NCBI RefSeq assembly: GCF_001194135.2
Contig: NC_069003.1
Location: 7,497,147 to 7,561,146, forward strand
Length of the DNA stretch: 64,000 nt
Reading direction: 5' to 3'
Source: Octopus bimaculoides
Lineage: Eukaryota
Shown here: positions 1-13,607 of the stretch, piece by piece
Numbering within the stretch: position 1 is the first letter of the stretch
How the letters are laid out: every line of letters begins with the position of its first letter
Made by a program: the position numbers and the translations under genes
The notes under the pieces: generated by a model
What the model was told of the DNA's origin: nothing
Seen by the model: only the letters and a program-made list of their open reading frames with translations
Database searches by the model: none

Positions 1-34
<34 letters not shown>

Positions 35-407
35 CACACACATACATACTTATGTAACTAATTGTCTGAATCCCAGAGGTCCTCTGGGATTTTGTGATGA
101 GCAATTGACATGTTTAAACATTTGTATCCTTCTCTTAGCAATTAGTCACATAAGTGACAAAATTTCCGACTGGAAACTGAATCTGGGTCACTAACATTTG
201 AATCTACTTGCATAATGAGTATATAAAACAATTACAGATGTTAACAGCCATAATTATAATTATGGTAATAATAGTTTGTGGCCATTCTTTTTTTTTCCTT
301 TTTTCTCATGTCATATATTGTTTAGATAAGCTGATTGAATGACAGGCTTGCAGGTTATTGATTAACAGCCAAATTTCAGTTTAATATATGTACATGCATA
401 ATCACAG

Positions 408-560
408 GTTTGGCTGTGTGGTAAGAGGCTTGCTTCCCAACCACATGGTTCCAGGTTCAGTCTCACTGTGTAGCACCTTGGGCAAGTAATTTCTACTATA
501 ATCTTGGGCCGACCAAAGCCTTGAGAGTGGATTTGGTAGACGGAAACTGAAAGAAGCCTG
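408..560 (+). mobile_element. tRNA-derived CORE-type SINE (representative; further copies near 3880, 16885, 22720, 23390, 26150, 28595, 56225, 62935)
   Basis: A/B-box head tggctgtgtggtaag...ggttcagtctc, CORE-like gcaccttgggcaagt, body ccgaccaaagccttg...ggaaactgaaagaagcc. Confidence 0.8.
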
Positions 561-673
561 TTGCTGAGTGGTTGGTGTTACGCAAAGTTACGGAGGCATA
601 AACACACCAGCATCAGTTGTCAAGCGATGTTGGGGGAACAAATACAGACACACAAACATATACACACACTTAC

Positions 674-721
<48 letters not shown>

Positions 722-1373
722 NNNNNNNNNNNNNNNNNNNNNNNNNNNNNNNNNNNNNNNNNNNNNNNNNNNNNNNNNNNNNNNNNNNNNNNNNNNNNNN
801 NNNNNNNNNNNNNNNNNNNNNNNNNNNNNNNNNNNNNNNNNNNNNNNNNNNNNNNNNNNNNNNNNNNNNNNNNNNNNNNNNNNNNNNNNNNNNNNNNNNN
901 NNNNNNNNNNNNNNNNNNNNNNNNNNNNNNNNNNNNNNNNNNNNNNNNNNNNNNNNNNNNNNNNNNNNNNNNNNNNNNNNNNNNNNNNNNNNNNNNNNNN
1001 NNNNNNNNNNNNNNNNNNNNNNNNNNNNNNNNNNNNNNNNNNNNNNNNNNNNNNNNNNNNNNNNNNNNNNNNNNNNNNNNNNNNNNNNNNNNNNNNNNNN
1101 NNNNNNNNNNNNNNNNNNNNNNNNNNNNNNNNNNNNNNNNNNNNNNNNNNNNNNNNNNNNNNNNNNNNNNNNNNNNNNNNNNNNNNNNNNNNNNNNNNNN
1201 NNNNNNNNNNNNNNNNNNNNNNNNNNNNNNNNNNNNNNNNNNNNNNNNNNNNNNNNNNNNNNNNNNNNNNNNNNNNNNNNNNNNNNNNNNNNNNNNNNNN
1301 NNNNNNNNNNNNNNNNNNNNNNNNNNNNNNNNNNNNNNNNNNNNNNNNNNNNNNNNNNNNNNNNNNNNNNNNN

Positions 1374-1406
<33 letters not shown>

Positions 1407-1759
1407 TCATCATCATCATCATCGTTTAACGTCCGCTTTCCATGCTAGCATGGGTTGGACGATATATATATATATATGTATGTATATAAAATCAAAGTAT
1501 GCAATAGGATATCAAGTAGTAATGCAACACGACCGTCTCCAGTGACTTCATTTAATTGAACAATGCAACCATTATATCAATTTAAATGCAGTGCCATCTT
1601 CAACTGCACTAATAAATATACACCCTCATATATACACACCCTCAGATATGCACACCCTGATATATTCCTTCTTACATACATTTAACTATTTTTTAAAAAT
1701 CTGATATAAATACATACAATATAATGAAGGAAAAATTAAAACAGGTTCGATCAATAGAG

Positions 1760-2045
1760 TTTGAAACATTAAATTGCTTTTCCAAAACTGTGAAAATGAA
1801 CATTTTAGCCCATGGTTGCATCTGATAACTCTTTCAGAGTACCCATTCACAAGTTTATCTGTACACATTAAAATGCATAGCGCTTTTTCAGAACAGAGAT
1901 TGTAAGATCTTGAGAATGTATTACATGGATATGCGTTTTTTATTACCATCCATGTGATGTTGTATTGTACTTTTGTTTCTTTACGTTTCCACACCAGAAC
2001 AGAGAGTGATGTGCAGCGTCTCTTATTAATGTTTTTAAATGATGC
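1760..2045 (-). mobile_element. Penelope-like element GIY-YIG C-terminal fragment
   Basis: VQYNITWMVIKNAYPCNTFSRSYNLCSEKALCILM...LVNGYSERVIRCNH resembles the PLE tail consensus YxITWxI...RCxLCLxEK...LNxRxE...CRH. Confidence 0.65.
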
Positions 2046-2985
2046 AAAGTACACACACACACACACACACACATATGTGCGTGTGTGTGTATGTGTTGTT
2101 GGCACTCCGTCGCTTATGACGTCGAGGGTTCCAGTTGATCCAATCAACGGAACAGCCTGCTCGTGAAATTAACGTGCAAGTGGCTGAGCACTCCACAGAC
2201 ACGTGTACCCTTAACGTAGTTCTAGGGGATATTCAGCGTGACACAGTGTGACAAGGCTGACCCTTTGAATTACAGGCACAACAGGAACAGGAAGTAAGAG
2301 TGAGAGAAAGTTGTGGTGAAAGAGTACAGCAGGGTTCGCCACCATCCCCTGCCGGAGCCTCGTGGAGCTTTAGGTGTTTTCGCTCAATAAGCACTCACAA
2401 CGCCCNNNNNNNNNNNNNNNNNNNNNNNNNNNNNNNNNNNNNNNNNNNNNNNNNNNNNNNNNNNNNNNNNNNNNNNNNNNNNNNNNNNNNNNNNNNNNNN
2501 NNNNNNNNNNNNNNNNNNNNNNNNNNNNNNNNNNNNNNNNNNNNNNNNNNNNNNNNNNNNNNNNNNNNNNNNNNNNNNNNNNNNNNNNNNNNNNNNNNNN
2601 NNNNNNNNNNNNNNNNNNNNNNNNNNNNNNNNNNNNNNNNNNNNNNNNNNNNNNNNNNNNNNNNNNNNNNNNNNNNNNNNNNNNNNNNNNNNNNNNNNNN
2701 NNNNNNNNNNNNNNNNNNNNNNNNNNNNNNNNNNNNNNNNNNNNNNNNNNNNNNNNNNNNNNNNNNNNNNNNNNNNNNNNNNNNNNNNNNNNNNNNNNNN
2801 NNNNNNNNNNNNNNNNNNNNNNNNNNNNNNNNNNNNNNNNNNNNNNNNNNNNNNNNNNNNNNNNNNNNNNNNNNNNNNNNNNNNNNNNNNNNNNNNNNNN
2901 NNNNNNNNNNNNNNNNNNNNNNNNNNNNNNNNNNNNNNNNNNNNNNNNNNNNNNNNNNNNNNNNNNNNNNNNNNNNNNNNNNNNN

Positions 2986-3017
<32 letters not shown>

Positions 3018-3246
3018 CATATATATATATAGACTGGAAAATTTGGTATATTTTTAATTCCATCTTACATGTGTTTCATTACACGATACCAGTTACAAGA
3101 TATATGCATGTAGGAAACATGTATGTGATCTCCTGTCCATAATTCTTCAAAGATTTCAATAACCACCTCTGCACAAATACACACACACACACATACACAC
3201 ACACAAGCACACACACACACACACACATTGATAGATTGATAGACAG

Positions 3247-3286
<40 letters not shown>

Positions 3287-3334
3287 AAGACAGACAGATA
3301 AATGGATAGATAGATAGATAGATAGATAGATACA

Positions 3335-3365
<31 letters not shown>

Positions 3366-3565
3366 GTATATATGATCTGATTCCTCACAGTTTCTGACTA
3401 ACAATTAGGACTAATCTGGAAGCTCAACAATGACAAACAGCTGTTGATAGTCTCCTTCAATTTTACACAATATCAGATAATAATCGTCAAAAATTGTTCA
3501 TCTACAAAGTGGTAGACAATATCTAAAGATCAGTGACTGATCAAATCACACACACACATAATTGT

Positions 3566-3607
<42 letters not shown>

Positions 3608-3969
3608 ATATACATATATATATATATATCTTTTCATCTTCATAGTCACACCATCACGTTTTCTATCATCTCACAGATGTCTCATTAGCATATTCAATAT
3701 AAAGTATTAGTCCATTTTTAATAAGATATAGTTTAATCTTCGCTGCAATCTAAACCAATATTTCATTCGAGATATGAGCATCTTCATAATATTCTTTCCT
3801 TCCACTACACCGAAATAAATAAATAAAGTAACATTTCTTCTTTGCATTAACTGTTTTTACTAAGAATAATTGCAGGCACAGGTGTAGCTGTGTAGTAAGA
3901 ATCATGCTTCCCGACCACATGGTTTCAGGTTCAGTCCCACTGTGTGGCACCTTAAGCAAGTGTCTTCTA

Positions 3970-4096
3970 CAGGGTGTCCACAAAGTCTGGGTACATGGGG
4001 ATGAACACATATTTTAAGAAATTATTATTTCTTATATTTAATTGTTTATGTTACGATTTTATTTACTCCATGTACCCAGACCTTGTGGACACCCTG
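3970..4096. mobile_element. 127-bp Tc1/mariner-type MITE inserted into a SINE
   Basis: TIRs cagggtgtccacaaagtctgggtacatgg / ccatgtacccagaccttgtggacaccctg. The TA of the SINE motif gtgtcttcTActat is duplicated. Confidence 0.85.
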
Positions 4097-4414
4097 TACT
4101 ATGACCCCAGGTAGATCAAAGCCTTGTGAGTGAATTTAGGCACACAGAAACTGAAAGAAACATACCGATATCATGTATGTGTGTGTATGTATGTATGTAT
4201 GTATGTATGTGTGTGTATGTATGTACGTATGTATGTATGTATGTATGTATGTATGTATGTATGTATGTGTGTGTATGTATGTATGTATGTATGTATGTCT
4301 GTATGTACATATGCATGTATGTACATATACATACATGCATATGTACATATACATACATGCATATGTACATACATGTGCCATACCACATAAAAAGCACCCA
4401 TGTCTGTGCCATGT

Positions 4415-4500
4415 ATAAAGTACCCAGTATAAAAGTACCCAGTATAAAAATACCCAGTATAAAAGTACCCAGTATAAAGTACCCATGTATAAAGTACCTA
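4415..4500. repeat. ~15-bp minisatellite (ataaaagtacccagt), about 6 units
   Basis: Direct reading. Confidence 0.85.
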
Positions 4501-5894
4501 GTACACTCTGTAAAGTGGTTGACATTAGGAAGGGCATCCAGCCCTAGAAAATATGCCAAAGCAGACAATTAGAACCCCTTTGCAGCTGTCTGGCTTGCCA
4601 GCTCCTATCAAACTGTCCAACCCATGCCAACATGGAAAACGGATATTAATGATGATGATGATGATGATGATGGTGATGCTGATGATGACGACAACAACAA
4701 CGATGATGATGATGTAATGCTAAAGGCACCCAAAGTATTGGGGAGTGGTGGTGGGGTCTGTTAAAATTTTTTATTGAAACTTCTATTAAAAACTTCTATT
4801 TCCCACCCATTTATTCCTAGCAACCAAGGTATGTAATAAACCTGTTACTAGACATATGAGATTTAACAATTCCTATCTATTCACTGGTTTAATTAAAAAA
4901 AAAACAACAAAACACCTCTTAAATTGTCAATTATCCAGGTAACCTTGTAAAATATGTCCCTTGAAGAGATACAATTCATAATTGTTAGTAACAAGGACAT
5001 TTTGTCTTAATCTGGTGATTTATTAGCTGGGAGGTGATAGCTATTGGTACTAAATTCATCAATGATTTTTGAGAAGTAAGTAACAAACCACTCCTGAGAA
5101 TTTTCCATTCTTTGAATCACTTAAAGATACCGAAATCTTCAGTGGAAAACCAATGATCCAGTTATAAGACACCAGATTTACTTTAATTAGCAGCCACTTC
5201 TGTTGAGCATTTTATCTTCTAAACACTTCCTAAGAAATCGATCAGCCAGCTTTTCCTTTAGATTAAACTCCAAGACAATTTTTCCATTTTCTTACATGAG
5301 AATAAGAACTTCTCTTACAACATCTTGCTTAGAACGAAACCTCTAGCATCTCTGTTGAGATATGGTGATATTTTTAGCTTCCATTCCAAATGCAGGCCTG
5401 ACTGTGCAGTTCGGAAGTTTCTTTTATCTCTTATGGTTTACTTGTTTCAGTTGTTAGATTGTGGCCATGCTGGGGCATCGCCTTGAAGAATTTTACTTGA
5501 TTGGATCAACCCCGGTACTTTCTTTAAGCCTGATACCTATTTTATCGTTCTCTTTTGCCAAATTGCTCAGTTACGGGAATGTAAACACACCAACACCGGT
5601 AGTGGTGGGGGCAAACACAGACACAAAGACAGACACATATATCATCATCATCATCATCATCATCATTTAACATCCACTTTCCATGCTGGCATGGGTTGGA
5701 TGGTTTGACAGGAGCTAGCAAGCCAGAAGACTGCACCAGGCTTCACTGTCTTTATTGGCATGGTTTTATGGCTGGATGCCCTTCCTAACAGCAACCACCC
5801 CATAAAATGCTTTTTACATTGTACTAGCATAGGCAAGGTCAGTTTTGGCATGGTTTTTACAGCTGGATGCCCTTCCAAATTCCAGCCACTTTAT

Positions 5895-6011
5895 ATTATT
5901 ATTATTATTATTATCATTATTATTATTATTATTATTATTATCATTATTCAGTAGTTTTATTTTTATAACGTGCTTTCACTGCACTACCGAGCGCAGCTCT
6001 GTGTGCCTTGG
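5895..6011 (-). mobile_element. 3' end and (TAA)n tail of a third R4/Dong-like copy
   Basis: tgctttcac...ctgtgtgccttgg is shared with the 3' UTR of copy A, followed on the minus strand by AATAAA and (TAA)n. The body would lie in the gap. Confidence 0.6.
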
Positions 6012-6475
6012 NNNNNNNNNNNNNNNNNNNNNNNNNNNNNNNNNNNNNNNNNNNNNNNNNNNNNNNNNNNNNNNNNNNNNNNNNNNNNNNNNNNNNNNNN
6101 NNNNNNNNNNNNNNNNNNNNNNNNNNNNNNNNNNNNNNNNNNNNNNNNNNNNNNNNNNNNNNNNNNNNNNNNNNNNNNNNNNNNNNNNNNNNNNNNNNNN
6201 NNNNNNNNNNNNNNNNNNNNNNNNNNNNNNNNNNNNNNNNNNNNNNNNNNNNNNNNNNNNNNNNNNNNNNNNNNNNNNNNNNNNNNNNNNNNNNNNNNNN
6301 NNNNNNNNNNNNNNNNNNNNNNNNNNNNNNNNNNNNNNNNNNNNNNNNNNNNNNNNNNNNNNNNNNNNNNNNNNNNNNNNNNNNNNNNNNNNNNNNNNNN
6401 NNNNNNNNNNNNNNNNNNNNNNNNNNNNNNNNNNNNNNNNNNNNNNNNNNNNNNNNNNNNNNNNNNNNNNNNNNN

Positions 6476-7107
6476 CATTATTATTATAGACGTTGCACAG
6501 TATACAATACCATAAGGTTGTTGATTGAAGATATTGTGTCTACCGGGGATTTGTACTGTTTGTCAAGTCACAATAAGGACCTCAGACAGACATTACTTTA
6601 CGCAATATGCGTGCAGTTCCAAGTAATGCCAACTTTTGCAATACATCTAGATTGTAGGGTATCTCTAAAGTTTACAGATGTTTTTTCAGATTCGGGTGGT
6701 ATTGAACCCAATGATCCAATGACAATAGGGATAACCTTTATGTTCGATTCTCGTAGTTGCCACATCTTAGTGATCTCAATTCTCAGTTCTCCATATTTAT
6801 CAGCCTTTTCTATTTCTTTCATGATGATATGTTGATCTCCTGGCTCTACGATATCAATTATTAGGCACTCTTGTTTGTCCCTCCTAAAGGTTACTATATT
6901 TGGCCTTCAACACTCTAATACCTTGTCTGTCTGGAAGTCAAAGCCCCAGAGGATTTTTGCCTTCCTCTTACCTTTTCATTAGATTTTCAGGTGTATGTTG
7001 GTTCCAAGCATCTATAATCTCATATCCACACTTATGGCATGGTAGCCAGTGGAGGCTTTGGGCTACCTTGTCATGTCTACACTTGAACTCTTTCTGTGCA
7101 CAAGAGT
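6476..7107 (-). mobile_element. 5'-truncated R4/Dong-clade retrotransposon, copy B (diverged from A)
   Basis: KEFKCRHDKVAQSLHW...ILWGFDFQTDKV...LIIDI...EKADKYGELRIEITKMW...VIPIVIGSLG. Ends in TAATAATG at 6476. Confidence 0.85.
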
Positions 7108-7119
7108 ATTATTATAGTA

Positions 7120-7684
7120 GAAGATTGTAATCTTGCTTTTATCACATGCTTTCACCTCACGCCTGTGTGCCTTGGGTATGTGCTGTGGTTTGTTGTGGTG
7201 TTCTTATTTTCACTGTATTGAAAGTGTTTTACGTAGGATGTATACGATGTCTAATGGTGCAATTTTCTGTATGTTATATATATTTGTAAGTCCTGGTGTT
7301 TTTGTTATGTATTTGTCTGAATATTTTTTTATTATACCTAAGGCACCTACTATGATAGAAATTGTTTCTGTTTTTAGACTCCACATTCGAGTTACCTCTA
7401 TTTCCAGATCTTTGTATTTTGAAAGTTTCTCCACTTTTTTTTAGAGAAACGTCATCTGTTGGTATTGATACATCGATTAGAAAGCTATTTTTTTTCTTGG
7501 TGATCTCTGACAACTATATCCAGCCTATTAGCCTTAATTTCTCTATCTGTGTGTATTGGCATATTCCCGAGTACGATTGCTTTCCCATTTTCTGTGTCCT
7601 TTTCTGGCATGTGCCTATACCATCCCTTTTCTGTTGTTATTCCATAGTGTTGGCATAGCTTCCAGTGTATATAGGTCCCAACTC
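7120..7684 (-). mobile_element. 5'-truncated R4/Dong-clade non-LTR retrotransposon (restriction-like endonuclease end), copy A
   Basis: IHWKLCQHYG...DREIKANRLDIVV...LIDVSIP...EKLSKYKDLEIEVTRMW...IIVGALG matches the RLE domain (RPD..D..K..KY). Flanked by (TAA)n. Confidence 0.85.
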
Positions 7685-7732
<48 letters not shown>

Positions 7733-8089
7733 CATTATGGTATATCGAATGTACATGTGCCAAATGTCATGATGAAACCTGTTCTTGTCAACTAGTAGTC
7801 TCGTTATAAATAGTTAAATTAATTGCAACAATCCAGTAAATCTTACCTTTAGTACTCGTACAACTTGTAATTAATAAATGATCAGGGTCAGACAAAGATT
7901 TATTACTGCTAAAATAGAGTGAAGAGAGAGGAGAGAAAAGAGCGAGGGAGAGAGAAAGAGAAGGAGTGAAAGAAAGAGAAAGAGAGAAAGAAGGAGAGAG
8001 AGAGGTGGGGAGAAAAATACTGTATTATTTACTAAGCTGAGAATCACAATCGTAATTTTGGTTTCAGTACTACAAACACGAAATCATCA

Positions 8090-8234
8090 ATATCATCATT
8101 ATCATCATCAATGTCATCATCATCATTATCATCATCATAATTGTTGCCTTCATCATCTTCATTGGCGTTGCCATCATCATCATCATCATCATCATCATTA
8201 ACATCATCATTAATGTCATCATCGTCTTCATCAT

Positions 8235-8279
<45 letters not shown>

Positions 8280-8400
8280 TACCATCATCATCATCATCAT
8301 CAACATCATCACCGTCACCGTCATCGTCATCATCTCCATCATCATCATCATCATCATCGTCGTCGCCGTCGTCATCGTCATCATCATCATCATCATGGTT
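8090..8400. repeat. (ATC)n compound trinucleotide microsatellite (similar tracts 9510-10040, 10500-10920, 30715-30985, 58750-59060)
   Basis: Direct reading; these tracts produce the poly-D/H/T/M pseudo-ORFs in the track. Confidence 0.95.
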
Positions 8401-9734
8401 TAACTTCTGTTTTCCATGCTGGCATGGGTTGGACAGTTTGACAGAAGCCAGTAGGCCAGAGGTCCAGTCTTCCTCTGCTTTGTTTGGTACGGTTTCTACA
8501 GCTAGATGCCATTCCAAATGCCAATCACTCTAAAGAGTGTACCGGATGCTGCAGGGTTATCAAGAACTCACAGGACAAGACTCCTTCAATTAAGCAGGGA
8601 AGTAATTCAAAACAATTAAGCAATAGAGTAGGCATTGATGAGGAATCTGCAACTACCAGACGAAACCTGTCCACTGCTATTAGATTTCCTCAGCATGGAA
8701 AACGGACGTTAAACGATAATGATGATGAAGACGATATATACATATATGTATGCATGTATATATATATATATTTTAGTGCGATGGTAACATACTTGTCGTG
8801 AAAACAAAGAGGTGTGGGTTCAAGTCCCACGTGTACGGGAAAACCTACTTTTTCCGTCGAGGGCTTATATGCTCCATTATTAGTCCATTTTCTTTAGTCA
8901 ATGTGTGGTGATNNNNNNNNNNNNNNNNNNNNNNNNNNNNNNNNNNNNNNNNNNNNNNNNNNNNNNNNNNNNNNNNNNNNNNNNNNNNNNNNNNNNNNNN
9001 NNNNNNNNNNNNNNNNNNNNNNNNNNNNNNNNNNNNNNNNNNNNNNNNNNNNNNNNNNNNNNNNNNNNNNNNNNNNNNNNNNNNNNNNNNNNNNNNNNNN
9101 NNNNNNNNNNNNNNNNNNNNNNNNNNNNNNNNNNNNNNNNNNNNNNNNNNNNNNNNNNNNNNNNNNNNNNNNNNNNNNNNNNNNNNNNNNNNNNNNNNNN
9201 NNNNNNNNNNNNNNNNNNNNNNNNNNNNNNNNNNNNNNNNNNNNNNNNNNNNNNNNNNNNNNNNNNNNNNNNNNNNNNNNNNNNNNNNNNNNNNNNNNNN
9301 NNNNNNNNNNNNNNNGACAGTGATGCAAGCAATAATGTGTTCATTTCCAATCAACCGTGAAAGCATGTCTGGCCATGGGGAAATTATTACCTTGCTCGGA
9401 AACAACAAATGGAGGCTGGCGAGAAAAAGGGGGCAGCAATCTGAAGCAAGATCTGATTGAATGAATCCTGTGTGGCATCATGCAGGCATGGGAAAGTGGA
9501 CATTAAAATGATGACGATGACGATGACAATAATAAAGATGATGATGATGATGATGAGGAGGAGGAGGAGGAGGAGGAGGTGAGGAAGGAAAAGGGAATGA
9601 GGAGGAAGAGATGGAGGAGAAAGAGAAGGAGGAAAAAGAGGAGGAGGAAGGGAAGGGTAGGAAGAGGAGGAAGGGAAGGAGGGGAGAAAGAGAATGGGAG
9701 GAGAAGGGAAGATGACAACAATGATGATGATGAC

Positions 9735-9775
<41 letters not shown>

Positions 9776-10914
9776 GTAGAGGAGGAGGAGGACAATGACA
9801 ATGACAATGATTATGACAACAACAACAGCAATGATTGAGGAAGATGATGTTGATGACAACAATGATGAATGATGACGACGACGACGACGATGATGTTGAG
9901 GATGATGATGACAATGATGATGGCAATGACAAGGATGATGATGACGATGATGATGATGAAGACGATGACGATGATGACAACAATGATGACAATGACGACA
10001 ACAACAGCAACAATGACGATGATGATGATGATGATGTTGGTGACAAGAGAAAAACCAGATTCGTGGAAATAGATGTTGTAGGAAAATATTCAAATAATCA
10101 TGTTTTTTGGGGGGGGTTTTCTCTCTTTTGTTTTTTTTGCTTTTTGTCCACCACCACCGCCACCCACCCTACCACACCCCCACCCCTCAACAATTTCCAT
10201 GCTTACACATCTTGCTGATAGCAACTTTGGAAACAAAATGGTTTGCAATTTCCATAGTCAATACAATCCATTTTGTTGCCGTTACCATGGTAGCAATGAA
10301 ATCCATTTGGACTCTTAGGGAACCATTCATTCTTCTCCTTTGCAGTAAACATCACACTACCTTCTCGTCTGCTGCAACGTTCCAAAATGGTAGAATTCCT
10401 GCAAAGTTACTAACATGTGAGGTTTTACAACTGACTTTGTGTGCATTTGTCACTTTGCTTTGCTGTATGCTCACCTACATGCACATATGCATGCGTAGGT
10501 GCACACATCATCATCATCACCACCACCAGTACCATCAACACCACTACCACCATCATCACCACTACTGCCACCATCATTGTTGTCGTTGTTGTCGTCACCC
10601 CCCCACTGCCATCACCACTACCACTGCCACAACTACCACCACCACTACCACCATCACTGCAGTCACTATCACCACCCACCACCACCACCACCACCATCAT
10701 CATCATCCTCACCACCACCACCTCCACCACCATCACCACCACCACCATCACCACCATCATCATGACCACCATCATCATCATCATCACCACCACCACCACC
10801 ACCACCACCATCACCATCACCACTATCATTATCACCACTACCACCATTATCAACATCATCATTGTCACCACCACCACCACCATCACTGCTATGACCATCA
10901 CTACCACCACCAAC

Positions 10915-11670
10915 ATCACCAAAATGAACTGTGCCCTCTGGCCATCAATTAATCATACAATACACCCATGGAACAGAAGCTGCACACCATACAAATAGGG
11001 AAAAATCTACAGAAATGAACCGTGTCCTCAGCACCTCATGCCCCTTACAATTAAACATACATTATATCACAGTACACATGCTGCACACAGAAATAATGAA
11101 AGTTACAAAAATGAACTGTGCCACTGAGCCCTCAATTAATTGTACAGTATACCATTGCACACAAGGTGCACACCTTAGAAATAGTCCTTTCTCTAAAGGC
11201 ATAAGGGCTGAAATATTTGGAGGAGGAGCTAGTTAATTATATTGACCCCAGTATGCAAGTAGTACTTATTTCATCAACCCTGAAAGAATGAAAGGCAAAG
11301 GTGACTCTGGCGGAATTTGAACTCAGAACGTAAAAATGAATGAAACGCTGTTAAGCATTTTGCCACCTTGAAAATTATACAGAAATAAACTGTGCCCTCT
11401 TCTCCCCTATTCAACTTACAGTATATCACAGACTGCAGGCTGCTCATTGTTAAAATAGTTAAAATCTAGAGAAATTAACTCTGATCCCCTGGCCCTCAAT
11501 TAATCACACATTATACCATTGCACGGAGGCTGCACATTGTAGAAATAACAAAAATCTACAGAAATGAATGTGCCCTCTGCTCCTCCAATTAAACTTACAG
11601 TAATATCACAGCATGTAGGCTGCATGCTATGGAATATAGCTCAAATCTACAGAAATAACTCTACGCTACT
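10915..11670. repeat. Diverged ~90-bp tandem repeat (~7 units) interrupted by a SINE
   Basis: Motif gaaatgaactgtgccctct...caattaa...ggctgcac...aaatctaca starts near 10921, 11011, 11108, 11383, 11470, 11560 and 11651. SINE at about 11215-11365. Confidence 0.8.
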
Positions 11671-12450
11671 CTAACATAACATTACGCATGCTGACATTCC
11701 AACAAAGATATCAGAAATGTTTGCGTATTGTATCATTACGGAGGTTTCTTTTCAATGGAAATCATTGATTTAACCAAACATTATCATTATCTGTCAAAGA
11801 TTTATCTTTGTTTTTACTTTTCTGTTCCTTTCTCTCTCTCCCTCATCTCTTTTCCTTTTTCTTTCCCTTTTAATTCCTCTTCGTAACATTCCCCTATCTA
11901 CAAATATGATTGATGGTCTTCGAAATCGGCAGTCAACAACAAAAGTGGTTTTCTCCAATAACAGATTTCATATCAGTTTCTTTCTTAACGAAATTACACA
12001 GTTTGAGGAAAACATGAAATCCTAATACGTCATTAGCAGTTAGCACATAAGGGGTCTTTTTTGTTTCCGTTTTGTTTTATTTTTTGTTTTCGTTATTTTA
12101 TTTCTTTTTGTTTTTTTTTGTTTTCGCTATTTTTCTTTTACCTTTGTTTCGTGTTATTGAATTGGACAAATGTAATGAAGTGCACCGAAGTGCAGGGAAA
12201 TGCAGTGAAGTGCAGTGAAGTGCATCAGTGATTCAAGTTCAAAATATCAGTCATGCATGGGTGAATGCACATTAACACAAATACAATCACACAAATACTA
12301 ATACATACACACACGCACACATAAATATGTGTGTGTGATTGTGAGAGTAGGTATATGTGCACATATGTGTGTGTGTATATATTTATATATATATATATAT
12401 GCACATAATCATGTATATGTGTATGTTTATATACATACATACATGCATGC

Positions 12451-12491
<41 letters not shown>

Positions 12492-12915
12492 NNNNNNNNN
12501 NNNNNNNNNNNNNNNNNNNNNNNNNNNNNNNNNNNNNNNNNNNNNNNNNNNNNNNNNNNNNNNNNNNNNNNNNNNNNNNNNNNNNNNNNNNNNNNNNNNN
12601 NNNNNNNNNNNNNNNNNNNNNNNNNNNNNNNNNNNNNNNNNNNNNNNNNNNNNNNNNNNNNNNNNNNNNNNNNNNNNNNNNNNNNNNNNNNNNNNNNNNN
12701 NNNNNNNNNNNNNNNNNNNNNNNNNNNNNNNNNNNNNNNNNNNNNNNNNNNNNNNNNNNNNNNNNNNNNNNNNNNNNNNNNNNNNNNNNNNNNNNNNNNN
12801 NNNNNNNNNNNNNNNNNNNNNNNNNNNNNNNNNNNNNNNNNNNNNNNNNNNNNNNNNNNNNNNNNNNNNNNNNNNNNNNNNNNNNNNNNNNNNNNNNNNN
12901 NNNNNNNNNNNNNNN

Positions 12916-13086
12916 CACATATAGAAAAATTAATATTTAAAAGCACAATAAATGAGTATAATATAAAGTAAAGTAAATATCATAAGATAAATATAATGAT
13001 TATATTTATTATATTTATCTTATATTTACTTTACTTTATATTATACTCATTTATTGTGCTTTTAAATATTAATTTTTCTATATGTG
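12916..13086. repeat. Perfect 65-bp inverted repeat
   Basis: 12916-12980 is the exact reverse complement of 13022-13086; an inner 14-bp pair extends the stem. Confidence 0.9.
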
Positions 13087-13147
13087 ATAGTGGATTTTCA
13101 TCAATGAGTTCTTGAAACTTGGTTATTTTCCTCAAAACTATATATTT

Positions 13148-13181
<34 letters not shown>

Positions 13182-13571
13182 CAGAGATAGATATAGATGT
13201 AGATAGATATGCTTGATGAAGCATACACATAGTGATGGTGGAAAGCTTGAGAGTCATGGAGATTATGAATAATCTTAAACAATATCTTATGAATATAAAA
13301 AGGTCCTTATTAATGAGCATGTGGGATGCAGAAACATATGTCGTGATACATTATTGAAGCCTCTAAATTTCAATCTGCAAGTCATTATCGTATATCAATA
13401 TATTTTTCCGAAGACGAAAGGAACTCTGCCTGTATAACCATTCCCTCGGATTAAATTGGAACATGTGACTTTTGGATGGTAGCCAAAATCAAGGAGCATT
13501 GGACCATTTAAGAGTACATTCTAAGGCATTCACCCCAAAAAATTAAATGGATATATCTATGTATGTGTGTG

Positions 13572-13607
<36 letters not shown>

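Noticed and set aside
8044-10998. Poly-Asp, poly-His, poly-Thr and poly-Met ORFs suggesting acidic biomineral or His-rich proteins (also 30614-30994, 58728-59066)
   Set aside because: They are trinucleotide microsatellites open in several frames on both strands, often tails of RTE-type repeats, with no splice context or unique flanking protein.
10915-11670. CRISPR-like array (also 59985-60300)
   Set aside because: Whole units are diverged tandem copies without unique spacers; eukaryotic context and no cas genes.
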